The notes under the pieces are model-generated. The model had not been told where the DNA came from and did not search any database. It saw only the letters and a program-made list of their open reading frames with translations. Shown here piece by piece: positions 10,916 to 21,546 of a stretch of 64,000 nucleotides of DNA (within the stretch, counting starts at the first letter, position 1; every line of letters starts with the position of its first letter). A program made the translations under genes and the position numbers. The DNA lies in assembly GCA_963813715.1 (NCBI GenBank), contig CAWFAK010000012.1:1-64000 (forward strand), given 5' to 3'. The DNA is from an uncultured Planctomycetaceae bacterium. Lineage in GTDB: Bacteria; Planctomycetota; Planctomycetia; Planctomycetales; Planctomycetaceae.

Positions 10916-10978
10916 GCATCGCCCAGATCACCACTTCAAACGCAAAAACCAACCCTTGACGCTACCTTCTCATAGATG

Positions 10979-11099
10979 GCCGGGCGCTCCGCGAAGCGGA
11001 AGCCCCGGAACCTCGGCTACACCTGCGGCGATGGGCACTGAAAAGCTGCGGCCGGCGAACAAAACGGGGGCTTCCACAACGCGGAGCCCCCGCCACCCG
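10979..11099. repeat. REP-like inverted-repeat element (family C) interrupted by the IS110; its first bases are at 9573-9578
   Basis: Rejoined arm cgggtggccgggcgctccgcg versus the reverse complement of 11080-11099, cgggtggcgggggctccgcg. Confidence 0.75.
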
Positions 11100-11123
11100 T
11101 CCGTTGCGTGCTCCGCAATACGG

Positions 11124-11583
11124 CTACGTCTGCATGTAATCGGCAAGCCCGGACAGGCAGCCTTGCCAGCCGTGCTGGTGCTGATCGCGAAGTTCGCGAT
11201 TCGGAATTCGCTCGTGCGTTACAATCACCTCGGTCTCTGCTCCTTGCGGCTCGAATTGCACAGTGACGCGCTCCGCGGTCGCAAAGACGCCTTCCAACTG
11301 CCAGGTGTAGACCAGTCGTCGCGGCGGCTCGATGACTTCGAACTCGCCGACGATCCACAGCACCCGTTGATCGGGGAGCCGATTGCCGATGCGGTAGTGG
11401 CCGCCCGGCTGCAAGTCGACCTCGGCCGCGATGCAAACGACGCCCTCTGGTCCCCACCACGCGCGAAGCTGATCGGGCTCGGTCCAGGCGGCGAATAAAC
11501 GCTCGGGCGAGGCTCGGATCGTTCTCCGCACGACGAGAGTTTCCATCTGCGCCGGAATCCGCTTGGGGCGTGAATTCACTCAT
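11124..11583 (-). CDS. SRPBCC/AHSA1-like domain protein; 5' end probably frameshifted
   Basis: ASPERLFAAWTEPDQLRAWWGP, DLQPGGHYR, IEPPRRLVYTW, HQHGW. ATG at 11583 overlaps the ArsR stop (ATGA). Confidence 0.9.
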
Positions 11584-12003
11584 CGGGTCGCCTTTGTCGA
11601 TCGGTGCTGCACTCGTGGCCGTTTCTTCGTGTCGTCGTTTTCGACATAGCGAGCCAAGGCCGCGAGCTGCCCTTCCCAAAACTGCCGGTAGTGGCTGAGC
11701 CACGCTTCGGCCGTCTGGAGCGGAGTCGGATCGAGCGCGCAGTGGTGGACCCGGCCGTCGACTTGACGCACCACCAGGCGAGCCCGTTCCAGCACGCGGA
11801 TGTGCCTCGAGACCGCGGGCAGCGACATCGCGAAGGGTTCGGCAAGCTCGGTGATCATCGCCGGCTTCTCCGCCAGTCGGGCTAAGAGCGCGCGGCGGGT
11901 GCGATCGCCCAGGGCGAAAGAGGAGATCGAGCCGGTCGTCGGCATCATTTCTGGATTTCGTGCTTGACCGCATCGGCGAGGCTCCAGTAGATATATTAAA
12001 CAC
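11580..12003 (-). CDS. ArsR/SmtB-family regulator; frameshift near 11920; start at 12003 or 11973
   Basis: LDLLF joined to ALGDRTRRALLARL...ELAEPFAMSLPAVSRHIRVLERARLV. Confidence 0.9.
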
Positions 12004-12016
12004 TTTGGTTTAATAT
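11993..12016. promoter_or_regulatory. Probable ArsR operator
   Basis: Perfect AT-rich inverted repeat atattaaac-N6-gtttaatat between the divergent arsR and SRPBCC genes. Confidence 0.7.
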
Positions 12017-12066
12017 TCCAGCGACCGGTCATTCAAAGCCACGCCACCATTCCCAGGAGCGATACC

Positions 12067-12655
12067 ATGATCGACGCGCGCTTGACTCGCAGAGATTTCT
12101 CCATTCATGTGGCCGCTTGGGCGCCGACACTCGGCCTCATCGCAGGTCCTCTCGCATCCGCCATCGGCAGCGCCGCAGCGTCTGACGACACCGGCACTGA
12201 CGGCGTGTCCCATACGGCTGACGCCATCCATCAAGAGATTGTCTTCCAGGCCGCCCCTGAGCGCGTCTACGCGGCGCTCACCGATGCGAAGCAGTTCGAC
12301 AAGGTCATCGACCTGAGCGGAATCCGGCAAGCCGGCGCGCTGCCGCCGGAGGCAAACAAGCCCACCCAGGTCAGCCCGGAAGCGGGAGGCGCATTCGTGC
12401 TCTTCGGCGGGTACATCACAGGCCGGCAGATCGAACTCGTGCCAAACGTGCGAGTCGTCCAAGCCTGCGCGCACGGCGAACTGGGATCCGGGCATTTACT
12501 CGATCGCCCGGTTCGAGTTCGTGAAGCAAGCCGCAGCGACCAAGATCGTCTTTGACCACACCGGCTTCCCGAAAGGCGCCGGGAAAGGCCTGGCCGCAGG
12601 CTGGCACAAACACTATTGGGAGCCGCTCACGAAGTTCCTGGCCGTCGGTCAGTAG
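12067..12655 (+). CDS. SRPBCC/AHSA1-like protein with a twin-arginine-like signal; frameshift near 12470
   Basis: N-terminal TRRDF; AAPERVYAALTD, GGAFVLFGG, ELVPNVRVVQA; joined C-terminus FDHTGFP...GWHKHYWEPL. Confidence 0.85.
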
Positions 12656-12681
12656 AAAAATTCGCGCCGGCTCGGCCGCGC

Positions 12682-13632
12682 TCAGTCGAACAGATAACTC
12701 ACCGACTCGTGCCGGTGGATGCGGCGGATGGCTTCGCCTAAGAGCGGGGCGACGCTGACCACTTTCATGTTGGGCAGGCGCTGCTCGGGCGAGATCGGCA
12801 GCGAGTTGGTGACGACCAGCTCGCGGATCGGCGATTCGCGGAGCCGGGCGGGGGCCGGGCCGCAGAGGACCGGGTGGGTCGCGCCGACGTAAACGTCGAC
12901 GGCGCCGTGCGTCTTCACCGTGTTGACCGCACCCACGATCGAGCCGCCGGTGGAGATCATGTCGTCGAAGATCAGGGCCGTCTTGCCGCGGATGGGGCCG
13001 CCGATCAGGTTCACTTGCTGGGTGTTCATGGCGCTCGAGCGGCGTTTGTCGACGATTGCCAGGTTGCCGCCGAGCCGCTCCAGATGCTGCAGCGCCCGCT
13101 TGATGCTCCCCTCGTCGGGGCTGACGACGACCACGTCGTTCCCCGGGATTTTCAGGCTCTGAAAGTACTCGTCGAGGATCGGGGCGGCGAACAGGTGATC
13201 GACGGGAACGTCGAAGAAACCCTGAATTTGGGCGGCGTGCAGGTCCATCGTCAGCACGCGCTGGGCGCCGGCCGTCGTGATCAGGTTGGCGACGAGCTTG
13301 GCCGTGATCGGCACGCGGCCCGAGTCTTTGCGGTCCTGCCGGGCATAGCCGAAGTACGGGAGGACGGCGGTGATCCGCGCGGCGCTGGCCCGTCGACAGG
13401 CGTCGATCAGGATCAACAGCTCCATGATGTTGCGGTTCACCGGCGGCCCGGTCGGCTGGACGATGAAGACGTCGCAGCCGCGGATGTTCTGGTTCAGCTT
13501 GACGCTGATCTCGCCGTCCGGGAAATCGCCGATCTCGATGGCGGCCAGCTTGATGCCGAGGTAATCGGCGATCTCCTTGGCCAGATCGGGATGAGCGCGG
13601 CCGCTGATGATCGTGAGATGATCGTACGCCAT
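12682..13632 (-). CDS. prs: Ribose-phosphate pyrophosphokinase
   Basis: FPDGEI, PYFGYARQDRK, MDLHAAQIQGFFD, DDMISTGGS. Confidence 0.97.
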   Translation of the reverse strand: MAYDHLTIISGRAHPDLAKEIADYLGIKLAAIEIGDFPDGEISVKLNQNIRGCDVFIVQPTGPPVNRNIMELLILIDACRRASAARITAVLPYFGYARQDRKDSGRVPITAKLVANLITTAGAQRVLTMDLHAAQIQGFFDVPVDHLFAAPILDEYFQSLKIPGNDVVVVSPDEGSIKRALQHLERLGGNLAIVDKRRSSAMNTQQVNLIGGPIRGKTALIFDDMISTGGSIVGAVNTVKTHGAVDVYVGATHPVLCGPAPARLRESPIRELVVTNSLPISPEQRLPNMKVVSVAPLLGEAIRRIHRHESVSYLFD

Positions 13633-13647
13633 CCGTGCGAACTCGCC

Positions 13648-14724
13648 TCAACTGTAGGAAGGAGGGCTCCTGCAGCCCGGTCGGCGACCGTCGCGCCAGC
13701 GCGGCACCTGCTCGTCTGCCGTCGCTCGGCCCGCCAAGTGAAGCTGGCGGCCCCGCCGTCGACACCGCGCCGAAGGCCGGGATGATCGTGTTGTCCGGAA
13801 CCTGCACGGGGCCGTGGACCAGGGCGTGCGGGCCGATGCGGCAGTTGCGGCCGATGGCGGCGGGGCCGGTGATGGTTGTGAACGGGTAGATGATCGTCTC
13901 GGCCCCGACTGCGGCGCGGGGGTCGATGTAGGTCATCTCCGGGGCGACAATCGTCACGCCTTCGGCCATCAGGGCCTGCTGCGTTTGCTGCTGGATCGAC
14001 CGCTCGACCTCGGCAAGCTGGGCCCGCGTGTTGACCCCCATTGCCTCGTGTAAATCGAAGCGGGGCGAAGCGACGACGGTCCGTCCGACGTGTTTGAGCA
14101 CGGCCGGACAATCGGTGAGGTAATACTCCCTTTGCACGTTGTTCGGCTGAATCTCGTCAAGCGCCACAACAGAGCCGGGCCATCGAATGCGTAACAGCCC
14201 GTGTTGATCTCGCGGATTGCCCGCTGCTCGGGCGTGGCGTCCTTGTGCTCGACAATCCGCTCGAATAATCCGTGGCCGTCCCGGACGATGCGGCCCAGTC
14301 CCTCGTTGGCGTCGGTGAGCGCGCTGCCGATCACGCAGGCGGCCCGGCTTTCGGTCAAATCGCGCAGCAGGCTCGTCAGCGACGCACTTTTGAGCAGGGG
14401 CGTATCGCCGGCCAACACGAACACTGGCCCCTCGACCCCGGCCAAGTGCTCACGGCACATCATGACCGCGTGGCCGGTCCCTTTTTGTTCGGATTGCAGG
14501 GCGAACTCGACCCCCGGCTGGTCGGCGAGCAAGCTGCGGACCGTGTCGGCCCCGTGCCCGACCACCAGCACGATCCGGGGCACGCCGGCAGCACGGACCG
14601 CCTCAATCACGTATTCCACCATCGGCCGGCCGCAGACTTCGTGGACGACCTTCGGCAAAACCGACTTCATCCGCGTGCTCTTGCCGGCCGCCAGGATAAT
14701 GGCCAGGGCGGGCGCGGTTGCCAT
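13648..14724 (-). CDS. glmU: GlmU-like sugar-phosphate nucleotidyltransferase with short hexapeptide tail; frameshift near 14170; 3' end uncertain
   Basis: LAAGKSTRMKS.LPKV, QKGTGHAV, EINTGCY, EYYLTD, GVNTRAQL; immediately upstream of prs. Confidence 0.8.
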
Positions 14725-15069
14725 GTCCCGTCCCGGGTGTCCTGCCCGGCCTCCTCCCTGCGGCTCCGCCATGTCCGTTTGTTCCCCCGTTTATACCGGT
14801 GCTGGGTGGTCTCGACTTTTCTCAAACCCCAAGCCTATCATAAGTTATCGAGGCGCAGCAGGGCCCGCCGTCCGGATGTTAAGGAATGTCGCACTTCGCG
14901 CGGAAAATGCGGCGAACGTTCGACGGTGGCTGCCGGTTATTTAGATGCAGGATCTTCCCTGCTCATCTCCACGCGTTTCCGCTGTTTGCCGTGCTGACCG
15001 TCGCCCATGCTGACCGTCGCCCTCAGTAGTTTCCGCGGCTACCGCGACCATCGAGTCGAGCCCGCCTTC

Positions 15070-16890
15070 ATGCCCACCCGTAAGTTCCTGCTGGGGCGAT
15101 CGCCGCGTCTGTTCGCGATCGCAGTTTCCTCGCTCGTTTTGCCGGTTCTCGTCGCGCTGGCGGTCCCTCTGTCGGCCCCCGCGCTGGCTACCGCAGCCGG
15201 CCCCGCTGGCGACAAATCGACGGACGACCAGGACTGGGACAAGTCGGCCGACAAAGCCAAAGACAAGAAGAAGGCGGACAAGAGCTCGGGCGACAAGACC
15301 GACAAGGCGCGTGCGCACGTCGCCAAACCGGACCGGGTGCTTCACGGCAACGAGGCGCGTCGGCCCATCGACCCGGTGGTGGTCTTCATCAATCACCAGA
15401 TTCGCCAGGGCTGGCAGGAAAACCAGATCGTTCAGTCGCCCATCGCGGACGACGAAGAATGGCTCCGCCGGGTCTCGCTCGATCTCTTCGGTCACATCCC
15501 CTTCTGGAAGGAAATCGACCACTTCCGGAAGGACAAGAGCCCCAACAAGCGGGCCGCCTTCATCGACAAAGCGCTGGACGATCCGGCCTACGTGCGGAAC
15601 TTCACCACCATCTGGACCAACCTGACGATCGGTCGCCAGACGCCGCGGTTGGTTAGCCGGGGCGGCATCCAAAAGTTCTTCCGCGAGTCGTTCGCCCAGA
15701 ACCGTCCCTGGAACGAAATTGTCTACGACCTGGTCTCGGCCGAAGGTCGCTCGGACGAGAACGGGGCCGTCAACTTTCTGTTGGCGCAGATGACGACGCG
15801 GGACGAAATGGTTCTGGCCACGGCCAAGACCACGCGGCTCTTCATGGGCGTGCAGCTGCAGTGTGCCCAGTGCCACAACCACCCCTTCGACCCGTGGAAG
15901 CAGGCCCAGTTCTGGGAGCTCAACAGCTTTCTGCGGCAGACTCGGCCGGTCGAGCATCGCAGCTTCAACCGGACGACCGGGCAGCGGATGATCGACTACA
16001 CCGAGCTCGCCCGCAGCGATTTCTCCGGCCCCGTCTACTACGAAAAACGCAGTGGCGAGATGCAGGTCGCCTATCCGATCTTCTTCGACAAGAAGGTCGA
16101 CCCGGGCCACAGCGTGGATCGGCGCAAAGAGTTGGCCCGGCTCATGACCACGGGCGAAAAGCCGTACATCGCCCAGGCGTTCGTCAACCGGATGTGGGGC
16201 CACTTCTTCGGCTACGGCTTCTCGAACCCGGTCGACGATATCGGTGCCCGCCATCCGCCGTCGCATCCCGAGCTGCTCGAGCGGTTGTCCGACGAATTCG
16301 TCAAAAGCCGCTATGACGTGAAGGCACTGATCCGCTGGATTTGCGACAGCGAGGCGTATCAGCTCACAAGCCGCACCACGATCAAAAACGCCAAGGACGA
16401 TCCGGGGCTGGGGCACGCGCCCCTCTTCAGCCGCGTTTACCCCAAGGCGATGGAGGCGGAGCAGCTTTACGATTCGCTATTGATCGCCACCGACGCCGAC
16501 CATGCCGTGCACGCGGACTGGTCCGTGCGGCAGAAGCAGCGGGACGAGTGGCTGCAGCAGTTCATCATCGCCTTCGGCACCGACGAGAACGACGAAGCGA
16601 GCACCTTCAACGGCACGATTCCCCAGGCCCTGTTGATGATGAACGGCCAGCTGATCGACAAAGCCACCAGTGCTGAATCGGGGAGCTTTTTGCACAAGGT
16701 CATCGACTCGGAAAACACCGATTCGCAGAAGATCGCCCGGCTCTACCTGGCGACGCTCTCGCGGCACCCGCGCGGGCACGAAATGGGGGCTGCCGAGCAC
16801 CTGGTCGAGCTGTATCCCGAAAAGCTGCCGGGCTACCAGGACCTGTTTTGGGCGCTGCTCAACTCGAACGAATTCATCATCAACCACTAG
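15070..16890 (+). CDS. Secreted DUF1549/DUF1553 protein (start 15007 or 15070)
   Basis: Signal peptide; DEEWLRRVSLDL.G.IP, CAQCHNHPFD, VNRMWGHFFGYG, PSHPELL, QALLMMNG, DLFWALLNSNEF. Confidence 0.92.
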   Translation: MPTRKFLLGRSPRLFAIAVSSLVLPVLVALAVPLSAPALATAAGPAGDKSTDDQDWDKSADKAKDKKKADKSSGDKTDKARAHVAKPDRVLHGNEARRPIDPVVVFINHQIRQGWQENQIVQSPIADDEEWLRRVSLDLFGHIPFWKEIDHFRKDKSPNKRAAFIDKALDDPAYVRNFTTIWTNLTIGRQTPRLVSRGGIQKFFRESFAQNRPWNEIVYDLVSAEGRSDENGAVNFLLAQMTTRDEMVLATAKTTRLFMGVQLQCAQCHNHPFDPWKQAQFWELNSFLRQTRPVEHRSFNRTTGQRMIDYTELARSDFSGPVYYEKRSGEMQVAYPIFFDKKVDPGHSVDRRKELARLMTTGEKPYIAQAFVNRMWGHFFGYGFSNPVDDIGARHPPSHPELLERLSDEFVKSRYDVKALIRWICDSEAYQLTSRTTIKNAKDDPGLGHAPLFSRVYPKAMEAEQLYDSLLIATDADHAVHADWSVRQKQRDEWLQQFIIAFGTDENDEASTFNGTIPQALLMMNGQLIDKATSAESGSFLHKVIDSENTDSQKIARLYLATLSRHPRGHEMGAAEHLVELYPEKLPGYQDLFWALLNSNEFIINH

Positions 16891-16938
16891 CGAACCACTA
16901 TCGCTGAATGTTCGGTTTCGTCTCTCAGGCGTAACGCA

Positions 16939-18207
16939 ATGCACATAAACGTCCCCAGCGGCATGACTCGCCGGCACTTTTTGAATCACGCCCTCACGAG
17001 CGCGGCCGCCGTGCCGGCGCTCGAGTTCCTGATGCACCTCGAGGCCAACGCGGCCCAGGTCCGCAAGAACCAGAAGGCGTGCATCCTGATCTGGCTGGGC
17101 GGCGGTCCCCCGTCGATCGACATGTGGGACATGAAGCCCGGCTCCAAGAACGGCGGCGAATTCAAGCCGATCAAAACGACCGGCGGCTACGAGATCTCAG
17201 AGCTCTTGCCGAAGACGGCGAAAGTCGCCTCCAACCTGTCGATCGTCCGCTCGATGAGCACGCGCGAAGCCGACCACGGCCGCGGCCGCTACTACTTGCA
17301 CACGGCCTACATTCCCAATCCCACGGTCGTGCACCCGTCGTTCGGGGCGGTCGTCAGTCACGAGCTGGGCCCCAAGCGGCCGTGGCTCGAAATCCCCTCC
17401 TTCGTCTCCATCGGCGGCGCGAGCGAGGGGCCCGGCTTTCTCGGCATGGCCAACGCGCCCTTCGTCGTCGACGGCGGTGGCAAGATCCGTAACGCCGAAA
17501 TGGACAAGATGGACGCCCAGCGGTTCCACAATCGCCTCTCGATGCTCGAGGTCGTCGAGACGGGCTTCATCAATTCCAAGCGGGGCGAAGCGCCGCAGGC
17601 CCACGCCGACGTCTACAAAAAAGCCGTCAACCTGATGACCTCGAAGCAGATGGCCGCCTTCAGCCTGCAGGGTGAAAAGCCCGAGGTCTGCACCGCCTAC
17701 GGCAACAACAATTTCGGCCGCGGCCTGTTGATGGCCCGCCGGCTGGTGGAAATCGGTGTGCCGTTCGTCGAAGTCACGATGGACGGCTGGGACCTGCACC
17801 AGCAGGTGTTCAGCACCATGAAGACGCGGCTCATGCCCAATCTCGACCAGGGCTTTGCGTCGCTCGTCGCCGATCTGGCCGAGCGCGGCATGCTCGAGCA
17901 CACCGTGGTGATCTGCATGGGCGAGTTCGGACGCACGCCCAATATCAATGCCAACGTCGGCCGCGACCACTGGGCCCAAAGCTGGTCGGTGGTGATGGGC
18001 GGCGGCGGCCTCAAGGGAGGCCGCGTAGTCGGCGGCACGGACAAGGACGGCGTCGCCATCGAAGGCAAGAGCTATTTGCCCGGCGACCTGTGGGCGACCG
18101 TTGCGTCGGCCCTGGGCATTCCGCTCTCCATTGTGCACACGTCGAAGCTCGGCCGCCCGATGAAGATCGCCAACGGCGGCACGCCGATTCAGGAACTGAT
18201 GGCCTGA
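16939..18207 (+). CDS. DUF1501 family protein (Tat-type signal)
   Basis: [46 protein letters not shown]. Confidence 0.95.
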   Translation: MHINVPSGMTRRHFLNHALTSAAAVPALEFLMHLEANAAQVRKNQKACILIWLGGGPPSIDMWDMKPGSKNGGEFKPIKTTGGYEISELLPKTAKVASNLSIVRSMSTREADHGRGRYYLHTAYIPNPTVVHPSFGAVVSHELGPKRPWLEIPSFVSIGGASEGPGFLGMANAPFVVDGGGKIRNAEMDKMDAQRFHNRLSMLEVVETGFINSKRGEAPQAHADVYKKAVNLMTSKQMAAFSLQGEKPEVCTAYGNNNFGRGLLMARRLVEIGVPFVEVTMDGWDLHQQVFSTMKTRLMPNLDQGFASLVADLAERGMLEHTVVICMGEFGRTPNINANVGRDHWAQSWSVVMGGGGLKGGRVVGGTDKDGVAIEGKSYLPGDLWATVASALGIPLSIVHTSKLGRPMKIANGGTPIQELMA

Positions 18208-18334
18208 TTCTGTCTCGTAAGTGTCCCGGTCCCGCGCATTTCCGCGCTGTTCTCATTCGTTCGCACCCCGATTTCCGACCGTCGATTCGTCACACGCTTC
18301 GCTCGCTCCCAGCCTTCCCACGGAACTCTCGCCG

Positions 18335-18898
18335 ATGACTCGCGATGAAGACGGCTCGGACTCGGCCGTGCGGATTCCGCAAGCCGCCAACGACGAGTTC
18401 GTGCAACTCTTCACGAAGTGGCAGCGGCGGTTGTTCCTGTTCATCCTCGCCCAGGCGCCCAACCCGGTTGAAGCCGAAGAAATCCTTCAAGAGACCAACC
18501 TGGTGATCTGGCGCAAGTCGCACACCTACACTCCGGGGACGAACTTTTACGCCTGGGGCTGCCGGATCGCCGTGCTGGAAGTGCTCAAGTTGCGCGACCG
18601 CCGCCGCCGCCAGGCCACCCTGATGAGCGAGGCCTTCGTCGAGGCCGTCGCCCGCGAAGCGCAGGACAGCGTCGATTCGCTGGAAGAGCGGCGGCGGGCC
18701 CTGTTGGCCTGCCTGGCGCGGCTGGCCGCGTCTGACCGCGACCTCATTCGCCGCCGCTACGCTCCCGGAGAAACGGGCAAGACCGTGGCCCGCCAGCTGG
18801 GGCGGCCGGCCAACTCGGTTTACCAGTCGCTCACGCGGATTCGCCGCACGCTGCTCGAGTGCATCAAGCGCCGACTGGCCGCGGAGGCGCAAGCATGA
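18335..18898 (+). CDS. ECF sigma-70 factor
   Basis: AEEILQETNLVIWRK, GTNFYAW, LIRRRY, VYQSLTRIRRTLLECI. Confidence 0.92.
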   Translation: MTRDEDGSDSAVRIPQAANDEFVQLFTKWQRRLFLFILAQAPNPVEAEEILQETNLVIWRKSHTYTPGTNFYAWGCRIAVLEVLKLRDRRRRQATLMSEAFVEAVAREAQDSVDSLEERRRALLACLARLAASDRDLIRRRYAPGETGKTVARQLGRPANSVYQSLTRIRRTLLECIKRRLAAEAQA

Positions 18899-21380
18899 GC
18901 AACGACTCACGCGGTAACGGAGCAAATTCCGGCGGCTCGAATTCCGGCCGCGACCGGATGGCCGAGCTGCGGCAGATTGTCGAGGCCCTGTTCGAGGAGC
19001 GGGCGAGCGCGGCCGAAATCGCTCGGCTCGACCAGTTGGTGATCGCCGATTCGGCCTGCCGCAAGTTTTATCTCGAATCGATCGACCTGCACGGCAACCT
19101 GTATTGGGACGCGGCCCAAGCCGGCGCCGAGCCGGTGCCCGTCGCCACGCCGATCCCCGAACGGCCTTCCCGCCGGCGGCGCGATTCACTCGAGTCGCTC
19201 ATCGACGCCCCGCTACGACCCGACCTGCGACCCGACCGCCGCGCGGCGGCTTCCGGTCGTGCGCGGCTCCGTTGGATGTGGGCCGGCGTCGCCGCAGTCG
19301 CCGTCGCGCTGATCGCCACCTTGGCTGCGTGGCCGACACGTGCCATCCGTCCGCCGGCGCCCGGCACGCCCAGCCTGGCGAATGGCGGAGCAGAGCCGCG
19401 CTCCGTCGTGTCTCCGGCCGTTGAGTCTCCGTCTGTTGCCGACAGACACGCGATTCGGCCAGACTCCGCCGACGTCGCCCGCAACGACTTGCCGCCGAGC
19501 CACCGTCCGTTCCCGCGAAGGGCGAGCGACTGACGTTCGCCCGCAGACGATCCAACGGGACGCGCGTCCCGCCGTCGAAAGGTCGCTCGACGTTCCGTCG
19601 CCCGATCGCAGGCCGGCGGCTTCCGCGCCGGTAGCGACATCCAATCCGCTGACAACCGATCACACTGACGCAGCTCCCCCGACTCCGCGGCGTACGGCTG
19701 CAACCGAACACCTGGTCGGTGCCGACCGCGGGTTGGCCACGGATCACCCGTCGGCTCGCGATCTGCCGACCGACACGAACACGCACGTCGGAGGTGCAGC
19801 CGATCACGCGGACGATCCGAAGGACGTCGTCGCGTTTGTCGACTTGCGCCTCAAAAAGGGCTGGAAGACCGCGGGAATTAAACCGTCGCCGCCGGCCAGC
19901 GATGCCGAGTGGCTCCGCCGCGTGTATCTCGATTTGTCCGGGCACATCCCGCCGGAAACGGCCGTCGATGCGTTCCTCGACGGCGCGGCGAAGCGATCCG
20001 ACGTCGTCGACCAGTTGCTCAAGCAGCCCGATTTCGCCCGCAACTGGGCCACGATTTGGGCCAACCTGCTGGTCGGCCGGCAGCCTCGCGCTCCGGGCGT
20101 GAGCCGCGACATGCTGGAAAAATTCCTTCGCGACAGCTTCGCCGCCAACACTCCCTGGAATGAAGTCGTTTACGAGCTGGTGTCGGCCGAGGGGACCCCC
20201 GAGCACAACCCGGCCACCAACTTCCTGCTTGCCCACCTCAACAACGACGCCGTGCCCGCCACCGCCATGACGGCCCGGCTGCTCTTGGGCATTCAGGTGC
20301 AGTGCACGCAGTGCCACGACCATCCGTTTCAAAGCGAAAAGCAGAACCGCTTCTGGGAGCTGAAAAGCTTTTTCCAGCAGACCGAGATGACCTCGGTTCC
20401 CGGTTCGGCGATGGGGTCCGCGACGGCCGACGGGTCCGCCGGCATGTCGGCCGTGCCCGAGCTGGTCTCGCGGAAAGTGGGCGGCCCGGTCTATTACGAA
20501 ACGCGCCGCGGCGAGATGCGCGTGGCCTATCCAATTTATGCCGGCCACAAAATCGATCCCGGCCCGTCGGTCAACCGCCGCCGCGAGCTGGCCCGCCTGA
20601 TCGCCAAAGAGGACGACCGCCAGGTGGCGCTGGCCTTCGTCAACCGCACGTGGCAGCACTTCTTCGGCTACGGCTTCACGCGGCCGGTCGACGACATGGG
20701 TCCACACAACCCCCCCTCAAACCCCGAGGTGCTCGAGCGCCTGGCCGACGAGTTCATCGCCTCGGGCTATGACCTGAGGCAACTGTGCCGCTGGATCGTC
20801 TCGACCGACGCCTACCAGCGCACGAGCGTACTGCGTCCGGAAAATCGCTCCGACGATCCGGCCAACGGCGCGCCGGCCGGATTCAGCCGTGTTTACCTCA
20901 AGGCGATGACGGCCGAGGAGCTGTACGACTCGCTGCTCTTGGCGACGCGAGCCAAGTCGTCGGCCCGCACCGACTGGAACGACGCGGGCCGCCGCCGGCA
21001 GGACTGGGTGCGGCAGTTCGTGATGAGCTACGGCACCGACGAGAACGACGAGGCGACGGTACCCGCCGGCTCGATCTCGCAGGCCCTGGTGATGATGAAC
21101 GATTCGATCGTCCGCTCGGCGCTCGCGGTCGAACCGGGGACGCTGTTGGGCGACGTGGTGCGGGCCCGCGTGAGCGACTCGACCAAGATTCGCCGACTGT
21201 GCCGTTCCGCCCTGTCGCGCGATCCGCGGCCGGCCGAAGTGAACGCGGCGCTCGAGCAGCTCAAGGCCGAAGTCAGCGAGGCCGAAACCGAAAAGGCCCG
21301 CCAGCTCGCCGAAGCCCGGGCCCTGCAGAGACATCTTCTGGGCTTTCCTCAACGCGAACGAATTCGCATTCGTCCACTGA
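18895..21380 (+). CDS. Putative anti-sigma factor: cytoplasmic N-domain, TM helix, Pro-rich linker, DUF1549/DUF1553; needs frameshifts near 19520 and 21328
   Basis: ATGA overlap with the sigma gene; EIARLDQLV...CRKFYLE..DLHGNL; TM WMWAGVAAVAVALIATLAAW; CTQCHDHPF; joined C-terminus DIFWAFLNANEFAFVH stop. Confidence 0.75.
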
Positions 21381-21443
21381 CGCCTTCCCTTTCCCGTCTG
21401 CTATCGATGGGAAAGAGCCGGGGAGAGGGCGCCCGTTGGATTC

Positions 21444-21522
21444 TTTCACCACAAAGACACGAAGCGACTAAGGAATTCAGATTCCCTGATTGGCTTTGTG
21501 CCTTCGTGACTTTGTGGTGAAA
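21444..21522. repeat. Long inverted repeat between convergent genes (REP-like or bidirectional terminator)
   Basis: tttcaccacaaagacacgaag ... cttcgtgactttgtggtgaaa. Confidence 0.7.
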
Positions 21523-21546
21523 ATCTCCGTATGCTCATCCACGCCG

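Larger units (their letters stand above)
9579..10978 (+). mobile_element. IS110-family element of IS1111-type organisation (long 3' non-coding end)
   Basis: Subterminal inverted repeat ctatgag (9582-9588) / ctcatag (10969-10975). TG core at 9577-9578 and 10977-10978. Removing the element restores a palindromic arm. Confidence 0.85.

Noticed and set aside
10956..10978. Strong junction promoter formed on IS110 circularisation
   Set aside because: A good -35 (ttgacg) is present, but the hexamers 16-18 bp downstream across the junction (gaagct, aagcta, agctat) are poor -10 matches, so it was not called.
12416..14167. 583-aa ORF suggesting an extended GlmU or a GlmU-Prs fusion
   Set aside because: It runs out of frame across the intact prs gene as low-information Arg/Pro-rich sequence; best explained by an indel near the glmU 3' end.
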